64,000 nucleotides of DNA from a virus. Where the stretch lies: IMG/VR virus record IMGVR_UViG_3300042460_000724, positions 46,306 to 110,305 of that record, one strand, 5' to 3'. Positions 20,101-28,200 of this stretch are shown here, piece by piece. The translations under genes were made by a program, and so were the position numbers. A model generated the notes under the pieces. The model was not told the DNA's origin and made no database searches. It saw only the letters and a list, made by a program, of their open reading frames with translations. How positions within the stretch are numbered: position 1 is the first letter of the stretch; each line of letters starts with the position of its first letter.

Positions 20101-21354
20101 CATAGTCCAACTACTTGTGCCTAGTTGAACTGGACTACTGCGATGTACACCAACGTCATTGAGACCTAATTGTCCATTAGTGTTATTTCCCCAAACCCAT
20201 AATGCACCGTTTGTGTCTATGGCAGCAACGTTATCCTGACTAACCGCACCGTTAGTTATTACTTTACTCCAAATAGTAGCGGTACCAACTTGTACTGGAC
20301 TACTTCTATTAATAATGTTATTTGATCCCAACTGCCCGGCTGCATTATACCCCCATGACCACAAAGTATTGTCTGCTCGTATTGCAAGTGTAGCAAATCC
20401 GTTAGCAGATACGCTAGACCAACTGCTAGTACCAACTTGTACTGGGCTACTACGTCTAACAATATCATTTAATCCCAAATTACCATAAGTATTAAGTCCC
20501 CAAGCAAATAATGCACCATCATTTCTTATAGCAAACATTGACCATGCGGCACCATACGATACTGCTGTCCAACTAAGTTGTGTAGTAGCTATACTAGATA
20601 CATATGACTGTTGGATTTGAACTGAAGTTAATGAACCAGTTAAGGTAGGGCTTGAAAGATTATTTGTATTATTATTACCTCCTTGCCCTTGACCAGCACT
20701 ACCCCATACCCACAGTGTACTATCAGAACGTAGTGCTGTGCGTGTTGTTCCGCCACTTCCGCCTAATGCAGACCAAGTACTTGTACCAATTTGTACTGGA
20801 CTACTGCGATGTACTGTGTCATTAAGGCCCAATTGTCCTTGGCTATTAATACCACCGATAGCCCACATTGTACCATCAGATTCTATACCTATAGTATTTC
20901 CGGCCAGTACTTGAGTCCAACTGTTTGCCGCCCAAGATGATAACATACTATTATTACCAAGTTGACCGTTAAACCCTAATCCCCAAGCAAACATTAATCC
21001 ATCATTATTAATAGCATAAGAAGTATCACCGTTAGTACTAACCGCACTCCAATTATTAACACCTATCTGTACTGGGCTACTACGATGTGCTAATGTAAGA
21101 TCATTATTGCCTAATTGACCATATGTATTGGCGCCCCATCCAAATAGTTTACCGTCACTACGAATACCTATAGTATGACTTAATCCACTTGCAACTTGGC
21201 TCCATGATTGTGTACCGATTAATACTGGACTAGATTTAAAAACTGTATTTTCTGTTCCGAGTTGACCCCAAGTGTTGTCACCGAACATATATAATGATTC
21301 AATATCACCGCCGGTTGATGGTTGGACTGTTAATAACCATTTTTCTAATAACAT
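8200..21354 (-). CDS. Giant RCC1/BLIP-II repeat protein (about 84 blades, 12 seven-bladed propellers), probable virion adhesin
   Basis: 4384 aa of roughly 50-aa repeats with consensus SWxxVSAG...AIRSDGxLFxWGxNxxGQLG...RSSPVQIG. Confidence 0.9.
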   Translation of the reverse strand: MLLEKWLLTVQPSTGGDIESLYMFGDNTWGQLGTENTVFKSSPVLIGTQSWSQVASGLSHTIGIRSDGKLFGWGANTYGQLGNNDLTLAHRSSPVQIGVNNWSAVSTNGDTSYAINNDGLMFAWGLGFNGQLGNNSMLSSWAANSWTQVLAGNTIGIESDGTMWAIGGINSQGQLGLNDTVHRSSPVQIGTSTWSALGGSGGTTRTALRSDSTLWVWGSAGQGQGGNNNTNNLSSPTLTGSLTSVQIQQSYVSSIATTQLSWTAVSYGAAWSMFAIRNDGALFAWGLNTYGNLGLNDIVRRSSPVQVGTSSWSSVSANGFATLAIRADNTLWSWGYNAAGQLGSNNIINRSSPVQVGTATIWSKVITNGAVSQDNVAAIDTNGALWVWGNNTNGQLGLNDVGVHRSSPVQLGTSSWTMVSAGSGMTAAITTTGNLFTWGVNTNGQLGDTTLVAKSSPIQIGTSSWTMVTSGTSVTMGITTDGALYSWGTGTYLGEGLGINKSSPVQITSIRTSAQQQTYLTTIGVTPLSWTTVANLTFTTGSNTRLALRSDGLLFSWGQNTIGQLGLNDLVHRSSPVQIGTSSWAAIAGGTSYAAAIKIDGTLWTWGRNDEGSLGQNNQIHRSSPVQVGTDTDWIKLASGSSIGPMAAIKSGGGLWAWGANTVGQLGLNDAVNRSSPVQVGSSSWTMVASGTNFGTNLAAIRTDGALFIWGDNTLGQLGFNDAVARSSPVQLGTSSWTMVALGGSFTGAISSNGALFTWGANGSGQLGAASSVHRSSPVQVGTNTWNYVNSWTSTMYGIRNDGALFAWGLNTNGELGDNTTANKNSPVLIGSSSWTFVNGATAIDSNGVLFTWAGNTQGGVGDNTILQRSSPVFIRAGIFDSWTYVSSGTDEYGAVRSDGLLFRWGYNGFGALGGNPGNQSLPLQVTTSSWTIVPAGSSGGMGITSAGQLYTWGIGTDGQIGDGNMVTMSTPVFIRSMNDSWTSIGEGSFNSNHVAGIRNDNTLWLWGLGTSGQLGQNNVINRSQPIQLGKDLLSWTYLSGSSMPVDGTQTAAGIRSDGSLWSWGSNTYGQLGTNNQIHRSSPVQIGTSSWTMVSAGQGFLFAIRSSDKSLWSWGTDNSLGALGANVSGLLRSSPVQVGTSSWNMVSAGRLTPIAIRIDGTLWAWGFNNSGQIGDNTVVARSSPVQIGNLLWTSAVSGLDSSSYGIRLDGTLWSWGKNTVGELGENDGINRSSPVQIGTGSWKQLAAGFGNAFSIDTNNYLWSWGLNSQGQLGLNDTVHRSSPVQVGTSSWIMVSAGQSGDIGNAYVVSAIRSDGALFTWGNNTYGGLGDNSIVNKSSPVQIGSSSWTMVAGRMGIIQDYTNGNGYLYAWGGNTVGELGINSVVDTSSPVQVNATINTWYQVAQGDTFTAAIRNDKTLWSWGNNDVGQLGDNTVILKSSPVQVGTSSWTMISTGSTHTLALTMDNVLYGWGNNDNGQLGTGNAPGTILLPVIISSLITLADEIAWSTSTGKPRTLSWTTVTAGASTSFAIRSDSKLFAWGTNSIGQLGLNDILHRSSPVQIGTSNWSGIAAGISHTYAIRSDGLLFVWGGNFNGQLGLNDLVHRSSPVQLGTSSWSVVPSNSTTNATSTFAITLDGKLYGWGVNGSGNLGVNDIIARSSPVQVGTGNSWTLVTANGNSTFAIRTDSKLFAWGLNTAGELGIGDSISRSSPVQLGTSNWNIVATQASGTTAGIMANNTLYTWGSGSGGALGDRTVVARNSPVQIVSFSSPAEQQAYLTKTSKTGYSWSTVVNTNNTMFAIRNDGLLFAWGNNINGALGLNDIVHRSSPVQVGTNSWLTVSAGASFTAAIRSDNTLWTWGVNTAGTVGDGTQAHRSSPVQVGTSSWTAVATGPFNTTGGTVLAVRSDGTLWSWGANDVGQLGLNTVVARSSPVQIGTENTWSKVYSANNRSNAIRTTGALYAWGVNTFGQLGDGTALNRSSPVQIGSSSWTAVASGLSWTVAILSDGSLFTWGAGTSGVLGTPDSTQHRSSPVQIGTSSWSVVTAGGTVTAGISGNLLYMWGSGANAQFGNNSLVNTYFSPTLTTGTSSWTTVNAGSAIVALDANGQMFTWGTTAGGDGVIGNGVVAGRSSPVFIRSVADSWTAIGTVVAGLSGIRSDGLLFAWGNNTAGSLGDGTTVAKSFPVQIGANSWTMVTGYTNILGITAADTGNALFTWGLGTSGELGILGITSRSSPVFIRSMNDSWISVGAGQSLSSAIRSDGKLFTWGINTTFGQLGDNSTTSKSYPTQIGNNSDWASVSAAGSGITNAITTTGIAYIWGNNTNGALGLAFNPTTISGSWLEHRSSPVQVGATPYSNSPTQIGASSWSQVSAGISHVLAISSTNKLFAWGNNSSYQVNNEGLHRSSPVQLGTSSWSQISAGNVHSLAIASDNTLYGWGLQYQQWPYNPTLSPTNFILPVNSPTSWSILTGQNLRFTGIRSDGSLWTWGANESGQLGLSDIFHRSSPVQVGSSSWIQVNSETSWTTAIRSDGTLWAWGNNTDGYLGLNDLVHRSSPVQIGTDTTWSKVGGLGAIRNDGSLWTWGLGTSGQLGDSTILSRSSPVQIGTSSWTLINSKAATTMAGIRSDGLLFTWGINGIGGLGLNDTVNKSSPTQVGSIYSLAQQNSYLTATGTTTFSWSVISSGGVNGMTAAIRNDGALFTWGTNNNGGVGDNTIIHRSSPVQIGTSSWTQVAVGDFSTYAIRNDGALFVWGLNTSGQLGTTDVLPRSSPVQIGTSSWTSVAAGISTVTAIRLGGALFAWGINASGQLGLGDLVARSSPVQVGTSSWTQVSTNGAITAALRSDGGLFTWGINTNGQLGDNTVVSKSSPVKLGAGSWSQIAVGYSHMVGLLNNNTLWSWGINTNGGLGLTNVLPRSSPVQIGTSSWTSVNAGNQYSVAIRSDNTLWGWGLNTNGQLGDSTAISRSSPVQIGTSTWYKVSGLYINTAAIDNTSRQLFVWGQNAVGAIGNNTVTQSTSPVFIRTANESWSQVSMNVNTAAAIRSDSLLFVWGQNANGQLGLGDLVHRSSATQLGTSSWSQITVGQSHMVGLTSTKLLYTWGGNGSGELGINSVVATSSPTLVSLSSWSIIGTGSTNSYGVLDGNLLFYGWGSGASYGAIGDNTVVSKSSPVQIASYQPMPTQITGDTWSKISAGYSHNVGIKTNNKLYGWGNPAANTFTAYSWTALSSSAGHFAGIRSDGALFTWGNNAVGNLGDDTILHRSSPVQIGTSSWTTVSAGGITAGTDFTTLALTADNVLYGWGAGASGQLGQLFVANKSSPVQISSFTNNTLQSTYLTATGKTGFSWTKINAGGSIGSSAAIRSDGALFTWGINSFGQLGQNSTVNTNSPIQLGTTSWSQISIGNNAMYAIRNDNTLWSWGLNTIGQLGQNDLVHRSSPVQVGTSSWTIVSGSVATGTLVSTLACVGAIRSDGALFTWGNNNAGQLGDGTILHRSSPVQVGTSSWTKVSAGDVSVYAIRLDGALFSWGDNTSGQLGSTTIVPRSSPVQIGTSSWSSVSAGLSYAMAIRTNSTLWSWGINANGQLGDNTILPRSSPVQIGTSSWSVISTGFATTTALRLDNTLWSWGINTNGQLGDNTILPRSSPVQIGTSSWSQVSIGTSPGVTMALTYTDNQLFIWGQNNNGQLGLSESLGARSSPVFIRSINESWNAVSSGGTTSYGIRIDNLLFAWGLNASGQIGDTTIISRSAPVQIGASSWAQISAGVTFVGGITSDNRLFTWGINTTGQLGDTTVLSRSSPVQVGTSWNIVSAGQSSTSAINTNNLLYVWGGNASGQLGDRSIANRSSPVQVNSFTSAEIQQTYLTTTSKPAALSWNTISTGLSTSAAIRSDGALFMWGLGTSGQLGLNDTISRSSPVQIGTSSWTAVGLFTTSTVAIRIDGGLFTWGDNASGQLASNNLVHRSSPVQVGTSSWTTVSSSTGLANFMALDATNKLWAWGINTNGELAQNDTVSRSSPVQIGVGTVWTSISKNTSRGAIRSDGALFMWGLGTNGQIGDNAILSRSSPVQIGTNSWSIISAGSVATAAITSDGLLYVWGNNASGQLGTNDVILRSSPVQLGTISWTSVSSGVNYMAGVRSDNLLFTWGLGTSGQLGDSTIISKSSPIQIGTSSWAMVSAGGLFTIGLDQLYGLYTWGTNTNGELGINSVTSALSPIFLPTATDSWTITSTTGASQFAIRSDGYLFTWGNNANGQLGLLDILSRSAPVQLGTSIYTNLNKGGSNINSSMATRNDNKLYVWGLNTSGQLGLNDRISKSSPVQLGTNQAYTPPNMYSVPTQIGTSSWTQVSANFNSTFVIDPNNVLYEWGFNDNRPLIPAITSVGYSAVTVSNGFNHFGFTK

Positions 21355-21357
21355 ATT

Positions 21358-21867
21358 TTAACCACCAAACATAGGCCAAATAATATTAAAAGGATCTGTC
21401 TGCGTAGTAATATCTGCTAATGCTTGCATATATGCATCCATTAATGTTAAATCATCTACAGTGGGTTCACCTAATCTAAGTTGTCTATCATATCGAGTGT
21501 ATCGCCATTCAAAATCTTTCATCTTTGTATCACGTTCACCTCTTATCAAATTCCATTGATCTCTAGTACGTAGTTCTTGTTGTAGCTGTATATCTTCAGG
21601 CGAGGGTTCGTATATCACTGATTTAGGTAGCTCAATAATATCCATTGTTTCATACGCAACACCATCAGTAAAATACTGTCTAGGATTATCTATTTTTTGT
21701 GTTTCTGGATTATATTCAGGGTATGCTTTTACTAATGTATACCAACCAAATGATAAACGTTCTTCTTCTGTAAGTGCATAAAAATTACTGATATTTTTCC
21801 AATTATTTGGAATAAGGTCGTATACACCTTCTATATTACCGTCAACAATATGAGCATAATTAGCCAT
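21358..21867 (-). CDS. Phage tail/fibre assembly chaperone-like protein
   Basis: C-terminal WNLIRGERD...YMQALADIT...IIWP pattern. Start revised to ATG 21867 (TAATG overlap with the upstream gene). Confidence 0.7.
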   Translation of the reverse strand: MANYAHIVDGNIEGVYDLIPNNWKNISNFYALTEEERLSFGWYTLVKAYPEYNPETQKIDNPRQYFTDGVAYETMDIIELPKSVIYEPSPEDIQLQQELRTRDQWNLIRGERDTKMKDFEWRYTRYDRQLRLGEPTVDDLTLMDAYMQALADITTQTDPFNIIWPMFGG

Positions 21868-22259
21868 TATAAATTTTGTCCTGAAACAAATGCCTGCCAA
21901 TTTATACCACCATCAGTAGTAAAAAAGGTGAATACATCTTCTTTGTTATTACTTGATGTTAATGTAGGAGCAGTTCCTCCTGGCCAGTGAAAGCTAGCAG
22001 GCCAAGTAACTGAACGAGCAGTACCATCAGCAGTGAAAACTAGTACAAATGAACTTGCTCTACCTGCTGATTGTATGTTAGAGAATGTGATAGATGTGAT
22101 GTTAGAATTTAAAGCGACATTGAATACAGTAGCGATATTTAAATTTAGTGTTAAAACGCCGGCACTAATAGTAGCAGTCGCACTAACTTCTGCTGAATTG
22201 TTTGGTAAAAATACCTTATTGTCGTCAATTACGGTCGACCCGATTACTTTAATTGCCAT
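21867..22259 (-). CDS. Small beta-rich fibre adaptor protein
   Basis: 130 aa. VTWPASFHWPGGTAPTLT...DVFTFFTTDGG.NW resembles phage fibre C-terminal domains. AAGGAG SD. Confidence 0.65.
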   Translation of the reverse strand: MAIKVIGSTVIDDNKVFLPNNSAEVSATATISAGVLTLNLNIATVFNVALNSNITSITFSNIQSAGRASSFVLVFTADGTARSVTWPASFHWPGGTAPTLTSSNNKEDVFTFFTTDGGINWQAFVSGQNL

Positions 22260-22286
22260 CTTCGCTCCTTTGAACTCGGCTACTAC

Positions 22287-22294
22287 TATTTATC
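22287..22294 (-). promoter_or_regulatory. Late-promoter-like element
   Basis: GATAAATA overlapping the upstream stop codon. Confidence 0.45.
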
Positions 22295-25190
22295 TTTTTT
22301 TGAGAGCGTCTATATCCTCTTGCTGTTTTTTAACAGCCTCGATTAAGAATGCTATAATGGGTATATAGTTAACAGCTTTTTTACCTTGACTATTAGTACT
22401 TACTAACTCTGGTAATATTTTTTCAACCATTTGCGCCATTAAACCATATGATTTTTTCTTACTGTCTGTCCAATTGAAACCCATACCAAACAACTGTGAC
22501 AATATTGACATTGGATCTGTGATTGATTGAGGGTTCTCTTTTAGTGTTGCGTCAGACAATGTGTTTAAATCCTGTACAGTTAATTGTCCTGTACTTGGAA
22601 TAAACTGTAGTTTAGTTGTTGTTATACCAGCAGTTAATAACCCACCAGAAGTACTTGTTGCATATACAGGGTAAAAAGTTGAACCAGAACTTGTATTATC
22701 AGTGATTATTGGAGTGGCTTGGGCCCAAGTTACATTTCCAGAACCATTTGTCTGTAAAAATTGATTAGCGGTCCCGTTAGCAATACGTAAGTTAGCTACT
22801 GCACCCAAGTTAATATTGCTTGAGTTTTGAAACTCAACTGTTGTCACGTTTGCAAAGTTAGCTACATTAGCAGTAAAGCTAATATTAGCCGTTGCATTGC
22901 TTACTGTTAAACCAGTTAGTGTACCAACACTTGTAATGTTTGGTTGACTTGATGCCCCTGATACAATTGTACCATAGAAGTAATTAGCACTAATATAGTT
23001 AGCACCAATAATGTTACCGCCTGCGCCCGCACCAGCAATAATATTACCTGTAATATTAGCATTGCCTGCAACGTTTGCACCAGTGCTTGTAACAATCAAT
23101 ACATTAGCATTACCGCCAACGCCAACTGTTACATTTCCGTTAGCAGCCGGTATGCTTATGTTACTATTGCCATTACTGAATACACCTGTAAAATAATTTG
23201 CACTAATTAAGTTAGCACCTGTAATACTACCACCAGTACCAGATCCTGCACTAAGATTGCTAACTGCTACGTTACCGCTATAGTTTGCTGTATTACCAGT
23301 TAATAATCCCGACACAGTTAAACTTGATAATGTACCAACACTTGTAATATTTGGTTGTGAGGCTGTTGTTAATGTACCAGTAAATGTATTAGCACTAATA
23401 TCATTAGCTCCGGATATATTGCTGCCTGTTAATGTTACATTACTACCAAATGCTACGTTGCCTGTAATATTAGCAGTACCATTAATATTTGCACCCGTGC
23501 TAGTTACAACTACAATGTTTGCGTTACCACCTACACTTGTAGTTACATTTCCACCGGCTGTCGCAATGTCAACAATACTTGTACCGTTACTAATATATGC
23601 GGCGCCGCCACCGCCGCCAGCAGGAACCCAACTTAAGTTACCAGCACCGTCTGTTTGTAATACATAGCCATTAGTACCGCCCGTAATACGTACATTAGCA
23701 ACTGTACCTAACGATACATTAGCACCGCTTAGTGCTACATTACCGGTAGTATTTAATGTACCGGCAACATTAACACCGGTGCCAGTAATTACCATAATTG
23801 TATTGCCAACTGCAGTAAAATTAATATTACCATTTGCTGTAGGTATATTTACAGTACTATTACCATTTGCAATATTACTTCCGCCACCTCCTCCGGATTG
23901 TGCTACCCAACTTAATGTCCCTGAGCCATCTGTTTGTAATACATAACCACTAGTACCACCCGAGATATGCAAATTACTAACTGCGCCCAATGTTACGTTA
24001 GCAGAGGTTGTAAAATCAACTATTCCTGTTGCGTTACTTACTGTTAAACCAGTCAACGAACCAACTGAAGTTATATTTGGTTGTGCCGCTGTTGTCAATG
24101 AACCAGATACTGTAGTAAAATAACCACCGGTAGCACCTATATTACCTGCGTTAGCATTACCCGTAGCATTTAATGTTCCTGCTACATTAGTACCAGTGCC
24201 AGTTACAATCATAATGTTTGCGTTACCGACTGCGCTAAATGTTATATTCCCGTTAGCAGAGGGAATATTTACATTACTATTGCCATTTGACATACTTGCC
24301 GGGGTCACATCAACACCCGTTAAGAAAGCACCATTACCAATGAAGTATGGAGCATTAACATTACCAGTAATATTTGCATAGCCTGCAACGTTAACACCTG
24401 TACCGGTAATTTTCATTATATTAGCATTGCCAACCGCATTGAATGTGATATTCCCGTTAGCGGTTGGAATATTTACATTACTATTGCCATTTGAAATATT
24501 AGCTGGGTTTGTGTCTACACCGGTTAAGAATGCACCATTACCGATGAAGTACGGGGCATTAATGTTACCAGTGACATTTGCATAGCCTGCAACGTTAACA
24601 CCGGTACTCGTTACAACCATAATGTTTGCGGTACCGGCTACACTAGTAGTTACATTTCCACCTGAGGTTGCAATAGTTAAATTACTTGTTCCATTGACCA
24701 CTCTACCGGCAGCATCTATTCCGGTCAACTGACTACCATTACCAATAAAGTAATTACCGGATATATTACCGGCAACATTAATACCGACACCAGTAATAAC
24801 CATTGTTGTGTTACCGGCAGCTGTTAGGTTAATATTTCCATTTGCACTTGGGATATTTACGTTACTATTGCCATTTGAGTGTGGTCCTAATATATTACCA
24901 AATGAACCATTACCTGTTACGGTTACACTATATAATGTACCTAGTGAAGTAATATTTGGTTGTGCATTTGTATATACTGTACCTGAAATTAGAGCATTAC
25001 CTACTTGTCCAGAGATGTTACCGGCTGGTAAACTTGTTAGATTTGCACCTGATCCGCTGAAGAAATTAGCTATTGCTAGATTACCCAAATTAGCGTTTAA
25101 TGAAGATAGGTTACCCGTAGCATTTACGTTATTGAACGTAAAATTTTCTGTTGAATCTATGACGTACGGTTCTATCTGTATTAAAGCCAT
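22290..25190 (-). CDS. Fibre 'stalk' protein with a C-terminal intramolecular chaperone (peptidase S74-like) domain
   Basis: G/N/T-rich AQPNITSVG repeats; C-terminal LSDATLKEN...GLMAQMVEKILPELV...VNY...LIEAVKKQQ. Confidence 0.8.
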   Translation of the reverse strand: MALIQIEPYVIDSTENFTFNNVNATGNLSSLNANLGNLAIANFFSGSGANLTSLPAGNISGQVGNALISGTVYTNAQPNITSLGTLYSVTVTGNGSFGNILGPHSNGNSNVNIPSANGNINLTAAGNTTMVITGVGINVAGNISGNYFIGNGSQLTGIDAAGRVVNGTSNLTIATSGGNVTTSVAGTANIMVVTSTGVNVAGYANVTGNINAPYFIGNGAFLTGVDTNPANISNGNSNVNIPTANGNITFNAVGNANIMKITGTGVNVAGYANITGNVNAPYFIGNGAFLTGVDVTPASMSNGNSNVNIPSANGNITFSAVGNANIMIVTGTGTNVAGTLNATGNANAGNIGATGGYFTTVSGSLTTAAQPNITSVGSLTGLTVSNATGIVDFTTSANVTLGAVSNLHISGGTSGYVLQTDGSGTLSWVAQSGGGGGSNIANGNSTVNIPTANGNINFTAVGNTIMVITGTGVNVAGTLNTTGNVALSGANVSLGTVANVRITGGTNGYVLQTDGAGNLSWVPAGGGGGAAYISNGTSIVDIATAGGNVTTSVGGNANIVVVTSTGANINGTANITGNVAFGSNVTLTGSNISGANDISANTFTGTLTTASQPNITSVGTLSSLTVSGLLTGNTANYSGNVAVSNLSAGSGTGGSITGANLISANYFTGVFSNGNSNISIPAANGNVTVGVGGNANVLIVTSTGANVAGNANITGNIIAGAGAGGNIIGANYISANYFYGTIVSGASSQPNITSVGTLTGLTVSNATANISFTANVANFANVTTVEFQNSSNINLGAVANLRIANGTANQFLQTNGSGNVTWAQATPIITDNTSSGSTFYPVYATSTSGGLLTAGITTTKLQFIPSTGQLTVQDLNTLSDATLKENPQSITDPMSILSQLFGMGFNWTDSKKKSYGLMAQMVEKILPELVSTNSQGKKAVNYIPIIAFLIEAVKKQQEDIDALKKR

Positions 25191-25209
25191 CTTTTATCCT
25201 GTTATACTA

Positions 25210-25217
25210 TATTTAGT
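25210..25217 (-). promoter_or_regulatory. Late-promoter-like element
   Basis: ACTAAATA, intergenic, upstream of an AGGA SD and ATG 25190. Confidence 0.5.
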
Positions 25218-25243
25218 CTTTTTATTCATGGTATGTTATCTGT

Positions 25244-28200
25244 TTAATATATCGGGAATGCACTTGTTGGTGGTGTGAAGTTACTTGTATAACGAGCATA
25301 ACCTTTTGTTATTCTTAAATCGTCTATGTAGCCAGTGTAATAAAAATTACCGCCTACCATTTCATACCCAACTACTGCACCATTTTGAATAAAGCTGGTA
25401 CTATTAGTTGTTGATCCATTTAAAATCCCGTTTTGATAGATTGCCAGTGTAGTTCCGGATCGAACAACAGCAATGTGTGTCCAAGTGGTAAGAGATATTG
25501 CGTTAGTTGCTAATAAAAGTTGAGTAGTTTCATTGGTTACTCTTACTTTATTTGCATTACTAATTTGTATATGAAGGGCGTCTCCTGTACCAGTTGTTGA
25601 TGAAATAAACATTGCGCCAAAATTTTGATTTGTTGTAAGGTATAGCCAACCTTCAATTGTAAAATCTCCAGTGCCAAAAGCATATAGTGGATTTGATCGT
25701 AAACTTAAATAATCCCCGGTACCATCAAAATACATACTACTCCCACCGAATTTACTTATTGCTGTACTTAGTTGTGCATTACCAACTGTTTCCATGTTAT
25801 TCATCATTGCGGCATCGTATATACCAGCACTGGTCATATTAGTTAGTAGACTTGTGTTTTGTACTGCGGTTAAGGGTGCAGATGGTGGTACAAAGTTACT
25901 GGTGTAAACTGCTGTACCCCTAACAATTCTTACATCTGACATATAACCTAAGGTAAAACCGCTACTACCGCCTCTTGAACCTATATATACTGGTCTTGTA
26001 GCATCTCCTAATGTTCCGGAGAAAGTTAATGGAGTACCCACTGATACTCCGTCAATGTATAATGAGCAAGTTGTCCCCGATCTAACTGCGGCAACATGGT
26101 ACCATCTATTTGCAACTGGAGTGGGCCCATTAACATATGATGCAGCACTACTCGGATAATATTGAAATGACGGGGCTATAAGAATAGTCCAATCAGGAGC
26201 CGCACTTGATACATAATTTGCAACTAAATCCTGTACACCAGCAACACTTGTAAAATATATCCAAAATTCTATAGTATAATTACCTGTGAATTGAAATGCT
26301 GGATTTGCAGGTACACTCAAAGTATCTCCAGTACCATCAAAGTACCCACTACCGCCTATTGTACTAACCGTATAGCCATTTGTAGTTGCACTAGTAAACC
26401 CGAATGGATTTTGTTGAGTTGGTTGACTATTACCAAATGCAGTGATTGTAAAGTTGTTTGTACTGTTATCTATAAATGTAGGTGATTGACATGTCAATAA
26501 ACTTGTATTGGCAATTGCAGTTAGTGGACTTGTTGGAGGAGTAAATGCACCTGTGTATACTGCGGTACCTTTAACAATACGAATGTTTGACAAATAGCCA
26601 ATGATTGGATATACAGCATCAACTGTAAGACCAATTCGTAATGACCCAGTTGGACTTATGTTTGTTGAATTTGTAGTGCTTAATCCACTTACACCATTTA
26701 CATAGATAGATAAATTTGTTCCAGATCTAACTATAGCAACATGATTCCAAGCATTAATATTTATAGCAATACTGCTGGTTAAATCTGAGGTAATTAAAAT
26801 ATAAGGTTGATTACTAGAGTTAATAAGACATGCCCATGGACTTGCTGTTCCTGATGTTCTAGTATCCAAAACTGTTCTATAACTTCCGGATACTGTTTGA
26901 TAAATCCAATATTCAATTGTAAAATCACCAGTACCAAATTGATATGCCGCGTTTGCAGGAGCAGTTAAATAATCCCCACTACCATCAAAATAACCACTAT
27001 AACTTGTTGGGGTCAATGATGATGGATTGAATGGTGAGAAACGCTGTACCGAAACATCACCGTTCTTTGTGATAGTAAAGTTGTTTATACTAGTATCTAT
27101 TATACGATTACTTTGGCAGGTTAATAAACTTGTATTTGTGATAGGTGTTAGTGGTGTTGTGCTGGGTGTAAATGTAGTTGTATATAGTATTGATTTGGTA
27201 ACTCTAAAGTTACTGATATAACCATTAAATGAGCCATCACCGCCGGCATTGATTGTGCCTATGTCAAAATTTGAACCAGCAGAATATCCACCGGCATATG
27301 TCCCGGAAGCATTTAAAGTTCCGTTAATAAAAACTTTGATATTGCCGCTACTGAATGTGCAAGCAAAATGTTGCCATTGATTTGCTGTAACTGTAAATGT
27401 GGGATTATCACTGCCAGCCACTTTGCCAATTCTATTAGCAGGCCAGTTTCTCATAATGTCCCCTTCATTGGGCCCGCCATCAAATAACCCAATTACTGTG
27501 CTAGATAAAGGATATATCCAACATTCAATGGTAACATCACCGCTAGCAGTTAAAACCCCTGCTCCTGCTTTTCTTATATAATCACTAGCACCATCAAAGT
27601 AGTTACTCCAGTTACCACCATAAGGACTAAATGTACCTTGAGTAGTATTACCCGCTCTTGTTACTAAAAAGTTATTTGTACTGTTATCTAAGAAAACACT
27701 ATTATTTACTGATTGATTGTTTTGTAATACTAATAAACTTGTATTTGCTATTGCTGTTAATGGAGCAGAGGGTGGAGTGAAATCTGTAGTATAAACACCT
27801 GTGCCTATTACAAACCTCATATCTGATAGATATCCAACAATACCGCCTGACCCACTGGAACTAACGCCTATATAAACTGCTGAAGCATTGTATGTTCCTG
27901 TACTTGCCGACGAGTACCCAGAAACACCATTAATAAACATTTTTAATGTTCCTGCGGTACGACTGATAGCAACATGATTCCAGGTATTAACAGTAACTGT
28001 ATTTGTTGTAGCAATATCAACCGGTAAATAAAAATGAACTGTGCCGTTGGCGGCAATATATATCTGCCCAAATATTGCAGTAACACTTGATCTGAAATCA
28101 ATAATCGCTGGCGTATTGGCCAATGTTGTTGGATATACCCAAAAGTCAATAGTAAAAGCACCTGTACCAAATTGTGCTGAATTTATTGGTACATCTAGAT

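Noticed and set aside
8200-21354. Regularly spaced tgtactggactactacg repeats resembling a CRISPR array
   Set aside because: They encode RSSPVQ within one open frame, vary at synonymous positions and recur about every 150 bp; no cas genes are present.
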